Below are positions 26,529 through 38,500 of a stretch of DNA of 64,000 nt, one piece after another. The notes below the pieces were generated by a model. It was not told where the DNA came from, ran no database searches, and worked only from the letters and a program-made list of their open reading frames with translations. The DNA is from Macrostomum hystrix. Taxonomy: Eukaryota > Animalia > Platyhelminthes. The position numbers and the translations under genes are program-made. The stretch covers positions 4,464,001 to 4,528,000 of the forward strand of contig CATNEN010000038.1 of NCBI GenBank assembly GCA_950097015.1. The letters are read 5' to 3'. Positions within the stretch are counted from its first letter, which is position 1. Every line of letters starts with the position of its first letter.

Positions 26529-27357
26529 ATGACGTCTGCAGTGCACTCGATCTATGCGGCTCAAATCAACCAAACCTCAGAGTGCAGCCATACGCCGGCA
26601 TCCGAGTCACAGCAGGACCAGGTGTCAACTTCTCAAATAGTGTACGAGCCGTGCGTCCGGCCGTCCGGTATGCGAAAGGTCCACAGAGATGCTGAAGCAC
26701 ATCGTAAGTAGCAGTCTTCTCGAGGCAATTTTTTTGCTGTTAAAACTTGTGCTTGGAATCCTATACATTTTTGCTCTAATAATTAATTCCCTTCAAGGCA
26801 CTGAGGACAAAGCGGTACAAACGACACCTCAACAAGAAGTCCTAGAAGCTTGCGATGAGGATCCCAGCTGCGCGGATGTCAATGACCAGAGCAACGAAGA
26901 GGTGCACACCGATTTCAGCGAGCCTCTGTGCAGCAGCGGCGAGGAGCGCATCGCTGTCGACCCCATCAGTCGCACTCACAGTCAGGACAGCCTGAACAGC
27001 TGGCCTCCGCGCTCACCCGCCAGGGGACGCAAGGATAAGCGTTGCTGCGCAGAGATTCAGCAGCTGGTGCGAGACAAAGCTAAGCTGGAAGAGAGGCAAC
27101 GAACGCCCGACAGCTCTTCTTCTTACGGCGATCGGCCCACCATGCCGACGGTGAACTGGGCCTTGCGCACTGCCGCTGTTCGCCCGCGTCGCTTTGTAGT
27201 GCGAAGAGTTCTAAGAATTCATGTTTCCAGCCTTGTCGTCTATGTCATGCTTGTAACCCTAGCTTTAATGTTTCTCGAATGGGTGTTCCTGGCTGACAAC
27301 GGTCCACGATCCGGTGCCGACATACGCTATCTGTACCGCCCGCATCACCTGCATTGA
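26529..27357 (+). CDS. Tail-anchored membrane protein of unknown function (KASH-like C-terminus), ~244 aa
   Basis: Exons 26529-26703 and 26798-27357 join in phase 1 (C|gtaagt..ttcaag|GC). A short coiled-coil segment (EIQQLVRDKAKLEERQ) precedes a single C-terminal TM and a ~22-aa tail. Confidence 0.7.
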
Positions 27358-28355
27358 TTCACCTCGCTGGGGATTAAAAAACTAAGATTACTGAAAGTTG
27401 TTTAGCCCATCCAGTGTAAATGCTCAACGATGAAGCGTTTTCTGTTTAAAAAAAATTATATTATTTCAGCAAAGCAATGTGCTACGTGGGCACTGGACAT
27501 GACATCTGGTGTAGGAAGCCAGAGCAGGTGCAGACAAAATGAAAATCTGATGAAAATATATGCATCGGAGAAAAAGTATTCATTTTATTTCCAAATAAAA
27601 GGGGCTCATAAAAAGATTCATTTACACACATTACACATATTGACACAATAGCTGAATGCTTCATATTGTGCCACGGAAAATCTAATTAAAAATGCAATTC
27701 AGCTAAGCAATTATCCTAGCCTATCCCAAATCCTCCCACGAAATGCAAAGCGCTACGCAACACCCAGAAGGTATTCAGTAGACAACGGGAAAGAAGCGTC
27801 CATATTCCCTCGCAGGAATGCACTATACAGGACCCAAAGCCTACCCCAGGCTTGAGAGCTTTCTGTATCTGATAATTTCCTCTCAACCCCTTTCTGGAGA
27901 AGTGGGATCTCTGTTGAACTCAGGTGCGCACGCCCAAGCCCTATACCTGATATGTGGCTCATGTGTCACGAAAAAATAAATTTGAATTTTACCCCACAAA
28001 TAGTGATATGGCGATGCCTACCGCCCGCCCCGGCGCCCTCCGCCTTTCAACAGCTGCTAAATGGGCGATAAACGCTTCGATTTTCCTCCGCGACTCGCAC
28101 TGGCAAGGAGGGAAGACGATCAGTCGATCGATTTTTTGTGCCCACCTACCCGACTCGAAGTGCTGCGCATGACCGGACCAAGCAAGGCTCCAACTTGGCC
28201 AGCGGGGAATTTCAAGAAGACTCTACTTTTTAATTCTGAGAGGCTAGCAAAGGCTGCCTATTGTGTTGGAACGCTCATCCCAGCTCTCATTAGGCCCAAG
28301 AAACCGCCTCTGAGACAAATATTCCAGCAGAAACGGAAGTAAAACAAAGATTGAA

Positions 28356-29961
28356 ATGAGCAGGTGTGCGCTGATTATCGTTGCTGCACTTATGTGCATT
28401 GGCACCATCTGCGTTGGCTCTGTTGATGGAGGTAAGGTTTTTTAGCCGTTTTCCTGGTCTTGTAATTGATTATGATTTAGAGTCGACGCTATGACAAATA
28501 AAAAAGTTCTTTAATCAAAGGAGTCGCGATCAACACTACAGCCGCTGCCACCACGGCGAAGGTCACAACAGCCCAAACAACTTCCGCTGCCACTACGACT
28601 GCCAAGGCCACTACACGAAGTGCTGCGAATACAACAGTAAAAGCAGGTACAACTGGCGCGGCCGCTTCCACGACCAAGCCAACCACGACCAAGCCGCCTG
28701 TCACTACTGACATGCCAGGCGTCACCACAACAGCTAAGACCACACCGATTACCACAGAGTTCAAGGCGTTTCCGGAGTTCCAGTGCCACTTGCCATTCTG
28801 GCGAGCTGGAGTATGGCATCACACCTGCATCAAGTACAATAACTTCGGCGACTTCTGGTGCTCGCTGACAACCAACTTCACCAAAGACGAGAACTGGAGG
28901 CGATGCAGATGTAAGTAGATGCCATCCAATTTATTTTACTAATCATCACAAATTACTCCGCCTAAGATTTCATGAACTTCAAGTAATAAAAAAGTCAATG
29001 CATGCAAAAGCGGAAACAAAAGTGCATCAAGTACTTTAGGAGGAAACTATTTACGCTTTCAGCGCCCGACCTGAACCGCTTCCGATGCCACATTCCTTTT
29101 GAGTACAAGGGTAAGAAGCACCACAGCTGCTTGCCGATTGAGGACAACTCCTCTCACGGTCGAGGCTCTCACCACACTTACTGGTGCGCCACTGTGTCCA
29201 AGATTAAACACTTTTCGCCGCATGGCACCGACTGGGCCTACTGCGAACACCAGAACGCCACTGGCCTGGCCTACCTGAAGAAAGTCGGTCCGCACCGGAC
29301 TATTCCAGAAGCCGAGGCCAAGACCAGAGCTGCCAGTGGCAAGCACGGTGCTTCGCATGCCGAATCTGCTGCGGCTGCAGCCGCTGCTGGCGCTCCTCAC
29401 AAGGCTTTGAACGGCGCTGGACAGGGCGGCTCTGGTGCCTCAGCTGCCGGCCTGAGCGCCTCTGCTACTATCGGCATTGCCGTTGGTGTAGTCTGCTCTG
29501 TGCTTGCAGTGGTGGCCGTCGTAGCAGGTGTTGCTATTCGCAGACGGTACGTAGCACATTTTTTTCTGTCTGAATATTTTAGAAATCCTTTGAAAAATTT
29601 TTTGTTGAATTATATCATACACCTTTTCGATGACACCCTTGCTTTGTCCTAAACGGAGGTGTCAAGCTTGCTCAAGTTTTAATAAAGTGCAACTCAAGTA
29701 AACAAACATCAGCAGTGGTTGTGTATGAAAACTGTGCGAATGCAGCGTTTCTGCTTGATTCACTGAGGTGCACTAATTTCCTCAAATCGCTAACGAATTT
29801 AAGTATTTAGACTTTTAAAATTTAGAATGGTTAGCAATCACAATTTTCTTACAAAAAGAGCTTGGACAACCTGAAATTTCAGTCGACGAAGTGGCCAGCA
29901 CAGGGCCCTGCTGCAGACCCGCGAGAAGGGGACCTACGGCGGGATGGAGGCGAGCGATTAA
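28356..29961 (+). CDS. Type I membrane protein: signal peptide, Thr-rich mucin stalk, two fibronectin type II domains, TM, short tail (342 aa)
   Basis: Exons 28356-28431, 28521-28910, 29063-29546 and 29883-29961 total 1029 nt in phase. FN2 patterns: CHLPF..G..HHTC..WCS.T.NF....W..C and CHIPFEYKGK.H.SC..WCAT..W.YC. TM: IGIAVGVVCSVLAVVAVVAGVAI. Confidence 0.88.
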
Positions 29962-30891
29962 CCGACTGACCCTGGTGGACCTGGCAGCTCGCCTCGCCTG
30001 TGATCAAACTCTGGTGGCAGCGACTGCGAGATCAACAGGCGGCGGTGAGGTGGACGGGTCCGCTGCCGAGTCAACTGTGATTGCTGGACGGTACATGAGC
30101 TTGACATGTAATTGCGCTTATTCCGTGTTCCAGCAGTCCACGATTGCTGATTTCCTTTGAGAGCTGTGTGCTTAAGCTAATTCACATCCTAAAAATCAAG
30201 ATAAATGCTTAAAATGAGATTTAAAAGTGAGAAAAATAGTAGCAACACAGCCCTTATCTGCGTGTTCCTTATTTTTTGTGACAGCTTTATTTTCACAGTT
30301 TTTGGTGGCTGGGAGTGATAAATTTGTAATCATTAACAACCGTTGCTACTTGCTTGTAGCCGCCAGTAGCAATCAGTAGAAAATCTGCCATACTTGAACT
30401 ATTACGTCTATTCTTCGAGGAAAACCTGTATTTCGTTTTTTGGGTTCTCAAACTGATGTTGCTACTTTTGGTCATTATAAAAGGTGCGTTACAAAGTTAC
30501 AAAATAAAATATAAAGGAGTTATTTATTTCAAGAAACAGAAATTTTTGTTGACAGTTTATTTGCCAGAAAGGTCCCATCCTTAAATATGAGTCATTTCAT
30601 GAGCTATTTTTTCAGTACTGCACAAATGAAACAGACAGTACATATTTTGTAAACACCTCGACCTTTAGTTGCTAAGTTGAGCATGTCACTGACTGGTGTA
30701 CCTGTTTTGGGTTGAAAACAAATTTGGGCTGACAGCTCACCTGCCAAGCATCTGCTCCAGAACAAAACACAAAGTTAAAAACGTCAAATTTCTAAGTAAC
30801 GTCATGATTGTAAAGTTCTTGGCGACTTAAAATAGTTTAGCTGCCAGAAAAAAGTTTTTAATAATCAGCAGCATAATGAGAGCCGGTGCAG

Positions 30892-33800
30892 CTAGGTCCT
30901 CTTCTTTCCCTGATGCCACCGGACCCGAATGCGGCTGAGGTTGCGTTTCATCAGGCGAATGTCTCGCGTGATGGTAGTCATGTCCAAGATGATTACGGTT
31001 GTGAAAAAAACGATCAGGATGATGATAACCACCAGGCCGAGCGATCGGGCGCCATCAGCTTCCTTGGCCGGTGGCGTGTACTTCCTGCCGCCGACCGTCA
31101 CAATGGACTCAGTTCGCTCTGTGTGCGAATTTATTTGGATGACTTAATGGATTCTATATGGATGAAGTTATAATTTGACAAGATGTGCCCTTTAAAAGAC
31201 ATAAAACTACATGTAAAAGCAAAAACGAAGACGAAAAAGGCAAAAGGCTTAATTTATACCCCCGCTTCGGAAATTTATACTCACTGATGCAGGCGGTGAT
31301 CTTTGCGCTCCAGGTGCCGCTCGGTGCGCACGACACCTCGAAGCTGCTGACCATCTCGATGCGGCCTGTGTCAGAACTGGTGACGCTCATGTCGAACGTG
31401 TACTGGCAGTACACCCGCACTCGAGTGTTGTAGGCCATGTCGAAGGCCTGTGTGAACTCTCTGATGCTGATGTTGCTCGACAAACCGGTGGCATCGGTCA
31501 CCGTCACGGTGTCGTTGAGATTGGCCTCGGCGAGGGCAGCGGGCAGGTCGGCCTGCTGAATCGGGATCACGATCTCGTTTGTCAGGCACGTGATCTCTGA
31601 AAGGTGTTCAGGTTTCGGCAGGCAGTTCACATGAATCTAAGGTCGCGATCATTTCTGATACTTTGATATTTTAGACCACTCACTCTTGCACTGCATGATG
31701 TCGTTGCTCAGCACTGTCCCGTCCACAGGCACCCACACACCAATGGTCCTCGAGCCGTTGCTAGGCAGACTGCACTGCAGCGACTTGTCGTACTTTCTGT
31801 CCATGAAGAAGTAGCCGGCCTCGCGACAGCGCAGCGACACCACGTTCGGGTAGAATGGAAAGCGGTTGCTCTCGCCGGACGAGTACGAGCGGTCCTTGCT
31901 GCGGTCGTAGGCCTTGTAGGCCTCCATGGTGTTTGAGTCGAAGAAGGGCATTGCTGACTTGCACTTAACAGCTGTGAAAGGTCAGTTATGAAAATGGAAG
32001 AAAATGTAGTTGCTAAACAATGGATTGCATGGTACTGATGCAATGAGCTGATAATGCTGAGGTAATACTTAACCAGAACGCCTATCTGCGAATGCATTTT
32101 ATGAACTCTAAGAAAGCAGTCCTCTGATTTACAAGCATTGGTTAGTCCTTTGTGAAATATCCAAGTCTGATTTTGAGCCAAAGGGACACTCACCGGAGCA
32201 CACAGACAGACTGGGAGGCACCCACATTCCCAAGCTGGGGTTGAGATCACTTTGGCCGCACTCCAATGCCGTGCTGGTATATGTCTCGTCCATGTAGCTC
32301 ACGTAGCCCAGTTTGCAGGTGACGGGCACCTGTTCACCGAATGCGTACTTCTTGGTGGCGTTCATGGCAGATTTGTAGCTGTCCTCAGCATCCGGTATCT
32401 GGGTGGCGTTCAGCAGACGTTGGCCTTTGCAATTGACGGCTGAAACCAAGTTGAGGGGCTTTTGCTGTTGACTCTTCACGGATTGAGTTGTTGCAAACTT
32501 CAGAAGAGATCATTTGGGAGGCCCCATTCGTTACTGAATGGGGACAGCCTGTGAAGAAATAAACCGTTCCCTATGTAGGTTCAAACTCACACTCGCAAAT
32601 CTCTAGTGGCAGAGCGCTGCCCACTGGGATAAAACTGGCACTCCCAGCGACAGCGCCAGTGGTTGGCGGGTAGAACTGGCAATAGTAGCGATGACGTTTG
32701 GCGATGACAGTCGCAGCCGCGGCCAGGGAGCTGGAGGTGTCTGTCAGCAGCACCTCGGACTGGCGGTAGTAGCCGGGTGCACAGTTGAAGCGGACGGTCT
32801 GGTTGATGAAGGGACTGGCGCTCAGAGACATTCTAGAGCTGGAGTAGCCCGCTACAGCGCTGGGATCACAACGAGGTGCTGAAAATAAGGAGCGTATTTT
32901 TTGCACGCTACTGCTAGTGGAGTAGTTCCTGAGAATACCTTATTTATTCTTGTGTTGCAGTTAAAAGTTTTGCTTATAATAATAATTGCAGGAGGGCTGC
33001 GGGCAATGGCACATCTGATGACACTAGACCTGCAGCCAGCGAGGAGGCAATTGTGCCCATTTCGCATATTCCTGAGCACACACGCACACAGATACTGTTC
33101 GCAGGCACACACTCAAACAGGTGTACATCTGCCCTGACTTTCTCAACTTCAGGCAGTGTACATTTCACTGTGCCTTGGAGGTTGGCCCTCAAGGGCGTAA
33201 ACTGCACGACAAGCCCCCAAGCCACCTCTCCGCGGCTGCGCCCCAAATTAATGTGGCCTCGCCGTGGAATCGAACTTAGGGACCGAGGTTCCAGAGGCAA
33301 ACGCATTAACCGCTTTGCCACCGTTGCCTACGAGATGGAAATGAAAAAATCGTGAAAAACTAGATTGAATTGATAAATTTTGTCAGACCTAAATCTGCAG
33401 CCCAGAAAGTAGTTCGTACTATCAGCACTACTCAAGCAGTACTGCTGAAAATCCTCGCAAAACTCAAGTTCTCAGACACGTGCAAGCGAGTTTTTTATGA
33501 CTCGCTTACATAATCATATACTTTTAGGTTAATGCGAGCCCCAAAATCATATTTCAGTGGTAGCAATAGCCGAAACAAATCTTCCTTTTCATCACAATCA
33601 CCAGCTGGGCAAACTAAAAGCGCAAGAGTTCGTACCTTCGTATTCGCAGACAGGAATTAGTTTCGTGCTCCCCGTCTTATCAATCAGCAGCTCAGATTGA
33701 AAGGTGTTATAAGCGGATAGTGAGGTAGTCAGGTAGACGCGATCTAGCGAGCTGCTACAGTTGAGACCAGTCAGATACTCTCCGTTGCTCCAGTAGAATT

Positions 33801-34397
33801 TTGAAGTTGAAACTGAAATGCGTGTCAGATTTTCGCATTATTGGAAATTCGGTAGTGGAATAAAACCTGAATCTTCAGTAGCTGAGTCCTATATGACATG
33901 TGCGATGTTTCCATCTAACACGTAGTCTGTCTACTTAGGTTCTTTCTTTTTATAGGACGTCCACATATGAAGTGACTTTGGCTTTGTGACTAACTTGTGG
34001 GACTGCTGTATTCGAGTTAGTCTAGAAACAGATCTCAGCACCAACCGTTGCAAACAGCCTCAGTCCAGACGGCGGTGTAACCAAATGACCTACTCAGCAG
34101 GTAGTTAAACAAGAACACCCGTTTCGCCTCGTTATTAGCCCGGACCAGACGAGCCACTCCGGTGACAACGGAAGCGCACAGAGCAGTTGCGTTACCGTAC
34201 GAGTACTGACTGCGACCTAATTTCTGCGTGTACAGGCAGAGACCAAGCCGCTCGGCGTAGCTCGACTCCCAGGAGGGACCAGGTGGTAGGCACACACCGT
34301 AGACCACGCCTGGCAGCGCTGGTTCGAATAAAAGACAGATAATAAAAAAAGAGGAAGTAGACTTCGTTTTCACATGCGCCAGGTGAAAGTGGCGCAT
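30892..34397 (-). CDS. C-type-lectin-like plus sushi/CCP-like repeat type I membrane protein, paralogue A
   Basis: Exons 34397(start uncertain)-34046, 33812-33636, 32878-32591, 32439-32194, 31971-31684, 31596-31285 and 31118-30892 are all joined by phase-1 introns. CTL-like motifs: A..LC..ARL, WT, FYWSNG, VCE. Sushi-like C..P..C.GY..C..W..C modules follow. TM: LGLVVIIILIVFFTTVIIL. Confidence 0.82.
32975..33328 (-). mobile_element. tRNA-derived SINE in an intron of paralogue A
   Basis: The minus strand reads GGCAACGGTGGCAAAGCGGTTAA (A box), then AGTTCGATTCC (B box), then a non-tRNA body and an (ATT)n end. The 3' boundary is approximate. Confidence 0.6.
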
Positions 34398-35579
34398 TTC
34401 AGAGGGAACAGCATCGACGAATAACTGATAGAGCTAGTTAAAAGTAGAAAGACAACTCGGGGGGGTAATTTCTAATACCCACATTTCTCTTTTTACTGTA
34501 TCTCCTTAAGTATTCAACCAATCGACATGAAAATCCAGAACACGGGCTAAAATTAAAAATTTTGCGGTCTAGCCAATGAAACAACTTCCAGAATTACGAA
34601 ACATCGGCATCGTCAAGATATTCAACGATTCTCGTCGGGCTGTCTGGTAGCAAAAATCCACCGAAATAGGCATTTTTCTGCTTACTAAATTTCATCAGGT
34701 AACTATGTCGGCTATGAGTTTTGACTATTTTATATTGATCAAATTGTTACGTTTTTATTTTTGATCCATGTGGTGGATTGTAATGAAAAGTGGTAATTTG
34801 GTATGGAGCTATACTGAAGTAGGCTGTGGGCAACTGTTTAACACTTACCAGCAATTATACATGTGGCTATTAGATTACCAATGTTGGCCATGCTTCAGTG
34901 AAAATGTAACTGATAGTTGGAATAAAAGCCCTTATTCGGCCACCATCTTATATGAGAAAAAGTGGTGAATTCTGACAAAACATTTTGTTGCCATGGAAGC
35001 AATGCAAAAGCGAGCAATTATTTTTCGTTAGTCGAGGCGTGGCCCCAGAAACCCCACTCGAGTTTGCAGCAAATGCTGCGCCTTATCCATGGGAACATTC
35101 AGCAGATGCTTAATTTTCTAGATTGAAACAGACCCATCCCTTTCCATTGATAAGTGGCCAATTGTGAGGGATAAATGTATGCTCTTACGCAGCTCTTGCT
35201 GCCTCTCTAAAGCTTTTTTGTTTTGCGATATGTGAAACATTTTATGTTGAGAACTCATGTCTTGTAATTACCTTCAGTTGAGTCTAGTGTTTAACACTGA
35301 CAACATAAATCAACAAAGGAACTTCCGAAAAACATGTTAAATTAGAGAAATAAATTTCTCTTATTGCAAATTATATTTTATTCGATTGAAGCATTCAGTT
35401 AGTATGCTTCGCAAACTTAAGTCCATCAGTTTGACGTTCGCAAAAGCATCGGCGTCTTACTCGTATTTATTTCTTCTCCGAGAATTTATTTTCAGACAAT
35501 GCCTTAGATCGTCAATAGCTTTGCCCTGTGTGGCACTACCTGTTTCTTCAGGCCTGCCATCTAAACTCATCTTGAAGCT

Positions 35580-38500
35580 TTAATGACGCCAGCGGACACG
35601 GATGCGCTTGAGGTTCCGCCGCATTAGACGAATGTCGCGCGTGATGGTGGTCAGATCTAGGATAATGATGATGGAGAAAAACAACACTAGGATCAAGATG
35701 ACCACCAGGCCGAGAGATTTGGCGCTTTCGGCCTCCTTAGGCGGAGGGATGAACTTTTTGGTGCCTGATGTCACAATCGAATCCGTGACCTCTGCAAATT
35801 CGGCAAAAGGGAATTATAAGCAGCAATAGGTGCGAACATTTTAATTTTCAATTATGGGCTTCAGCTGAACAAATTATATCGATAAATCAAAACGTAGCTG
35901 TGATAAAAAAATCGGACAAACACATATTGAAGAAGCAACTCAATAAGTGAACATGGATTGGGCGCTAATGAGCTTGAATATTCTCAGCGCCAATACTGAA
36001 AAGGCTTTAAAACATTGCACCAAGTTGCTCCAAGAAACTAAGAAACTGCGCGGGCATACATGGGCATGTCAATGCAAACCATGCAGTTGCGGCTCGTATT
36101 TGCAATGTTCAATACATTAACTTCAAAGCACTAAAGTTCACTAACTACTCACTAATGCAGGAGGTGATCTTTGCGCTCCAGGTGCCGCTCGGTGCGCACG
36201 ACACCTCGAAGCTGCTGACCATCTCGATGCGGCCCGTGTCAGAACTGGTGACGCTCATGTCGAACGTGTACTGGCAGTACACCCGCACTCGAGTGTTGTA
36301 GGCCATGTCGAAGGCCTGTGTGAACTCTCTGATGCTGATGTTGCTCGACAAACCGGTGGCATCGGTCACCGTCACGGTGTCGTTGAGATTGGCCTCGGCG
36401 AGGGCAGCGGGCAGGTCGGCCTGCTGAATCGGGATCACGATCTCGTTTGTCAGGCACGTGATCTCTGAAAGGTGTTCAGGTTTCGGCAGGCAGTTCACAT
36501 GAATCTAAGGTCGCGATCATTTCTGATACTTTGATATTCTAGACCACTCACTCTTGCACCGCATGATGTCGTTGCTCAGCACTGTCCCGTCCACAGGCAC
36601 CCACACACCAATGGTCCTCGAGCCGTTGCTAGGCAGACTGCACTGCAGCGACTTGTCGTACTTTCTGTCCATGAAGAAGTAGCCGGCCTCGCGACAGCGC
36701 AGCGACACCACGTTCGGGTAGAATGGAAAGCGGTTGCTCTCGCCGGACGAGTACGAGCGGTCCTTGCTGCGGTCGTAGGCCTTGTAGGCCTCCATGGTGT
36801 TTGAGTTTAAGAAGGGCATTGCCGACTTGCACTTAACGGCTGCAAATAAAGTTCACAGAATAAAACATCAGAATCTTTTTGCCAGGACCTTGTGGGAACC
36901 ATTAAAAATATGCTTTCAATTCTGGTTTTGAGGCGTCTGATGTACGTACGAGAACACACGGCAAGGCTTGGCGGCATCCACCAGCCCAGGCTTGGATCGA
37001 GTTCGCTCTGACCGCAGGTCACGCTGGTATTCGTATTTGTCGTGTCATTGTAGCTAACGTAGCCTTTTTTGCAATGCACTTCGATCGAGTCGCCAAATCT
37101 GTATTTGCGCGTGGCATTGACGCTGAACTTGTAGCTTTCTTCGGCATCCGGGATCTGCGGTGCTTTTAGCAGCTGTTGGCCATCGCAGGCAATGGCTGAA
37201 ATCAATGATTGTCAATCAATCAATCGGCGAACGTTCAGACATTGCACAGTTTTGTTAAATTAACATATACAAAAAATATTTTCTCAGCGAATGACTGACG
37301 CAGGCAGGACTCCAACGGCAGCGAGCTGCCCACAGGAATGAAGCTGGCAGAGCCATTTTTTTCTTGATTTTCAGACGGACAGAACTGGCACAAGTAACGA
37401 TGTCTCTCAGCTATTGCGGCTGCGGTGGCCCACGAGAAACTGGAAGTGACTATCTGGACAACCTCGGACTCGCGATAGTAGCCGGGTGCGCAGTTGAAGC
37501 GGACCGTCTTGTTGACGAAGGGACTGGTGTTCAGCGACATACTCGAGTTTGAGTAGCCCGCTACGGCGCTGGGATCGCAGCGAGGTACTGTAAAAAATTG
37601 GAGATTATAACAAATAGAGAATCGAATCTGCAATGAGTTCGCTATTAGTAGATGGTTGTAAATTTGATGCTTATTTTCATTTGCTTCTTAAATATTTTCT
37701 GCAAGTATTTTGGATTACTTCATGAGTTATTCAATTATTTCTTATTTGTTTGCAAGTTAAGCCTAACAATAAAAACGTTACAGAAAATTTACAGAGTTTT
37801 ACAGCGTACTGTAGTGTGATACCTCGGTACTATATGGTACTCAGGTACAGTTTTGTGATATCTCGGTACTATATGGTACTCAGGTACAGTTTTGTGATAT
37901 CTCGGTACTATATGGTACTCAGGCACAGTTCTGTGATATCTCGGTACTATATGGTACTCAGGCACAGTTTTGTGACACCTCGGTACTATATGGTACTCAG
38001 GTACAGTTTTGTGATATCTCGGTACTATATGGTACTCAGGTACAGTTTTGTGATATCTCGGTACTATATGGTACTCAGGTACAGTTTTGTGATATCTCGG
38101 TACTATATGGTACTCAGGCACAGTTCTGTGATATCTCGGTACTATATGGTACTCAGGCACAGTTTTGTGACACCTCGGTACTATATGGTACTCAGGTACA
38201 GTTTTGTGATATCTCGGTACTATATGGTACTCAGGTACAGTTTTGTGACACCTCGGTACTATATGGTACTGAGGTACAGTTCTGTGATACCTCGGTACTG
38301 TTGTACTCAGGTACTGTTGCCCGATACTTTGATTCAATGATATTCAGGTGTTACTGTACGACTAACTTACGGCACTACTAATTTAGTTTACTACAATACT
38401 GTGTGGAAGTGTACGGTAGCATGAGTACGTTATGATTCGACGGTGCTGATGAGCAGAAGTCAATATAAGGCAGACTGAATCTCATGTAGAACCCTACCAT

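Noticed and set aside
37750-38340. 196-aa and 182-aa repetitive ORFs on both strands
   Set aside because: A 39-bp (3n) stop-free minisatellite inside an intron explains both.
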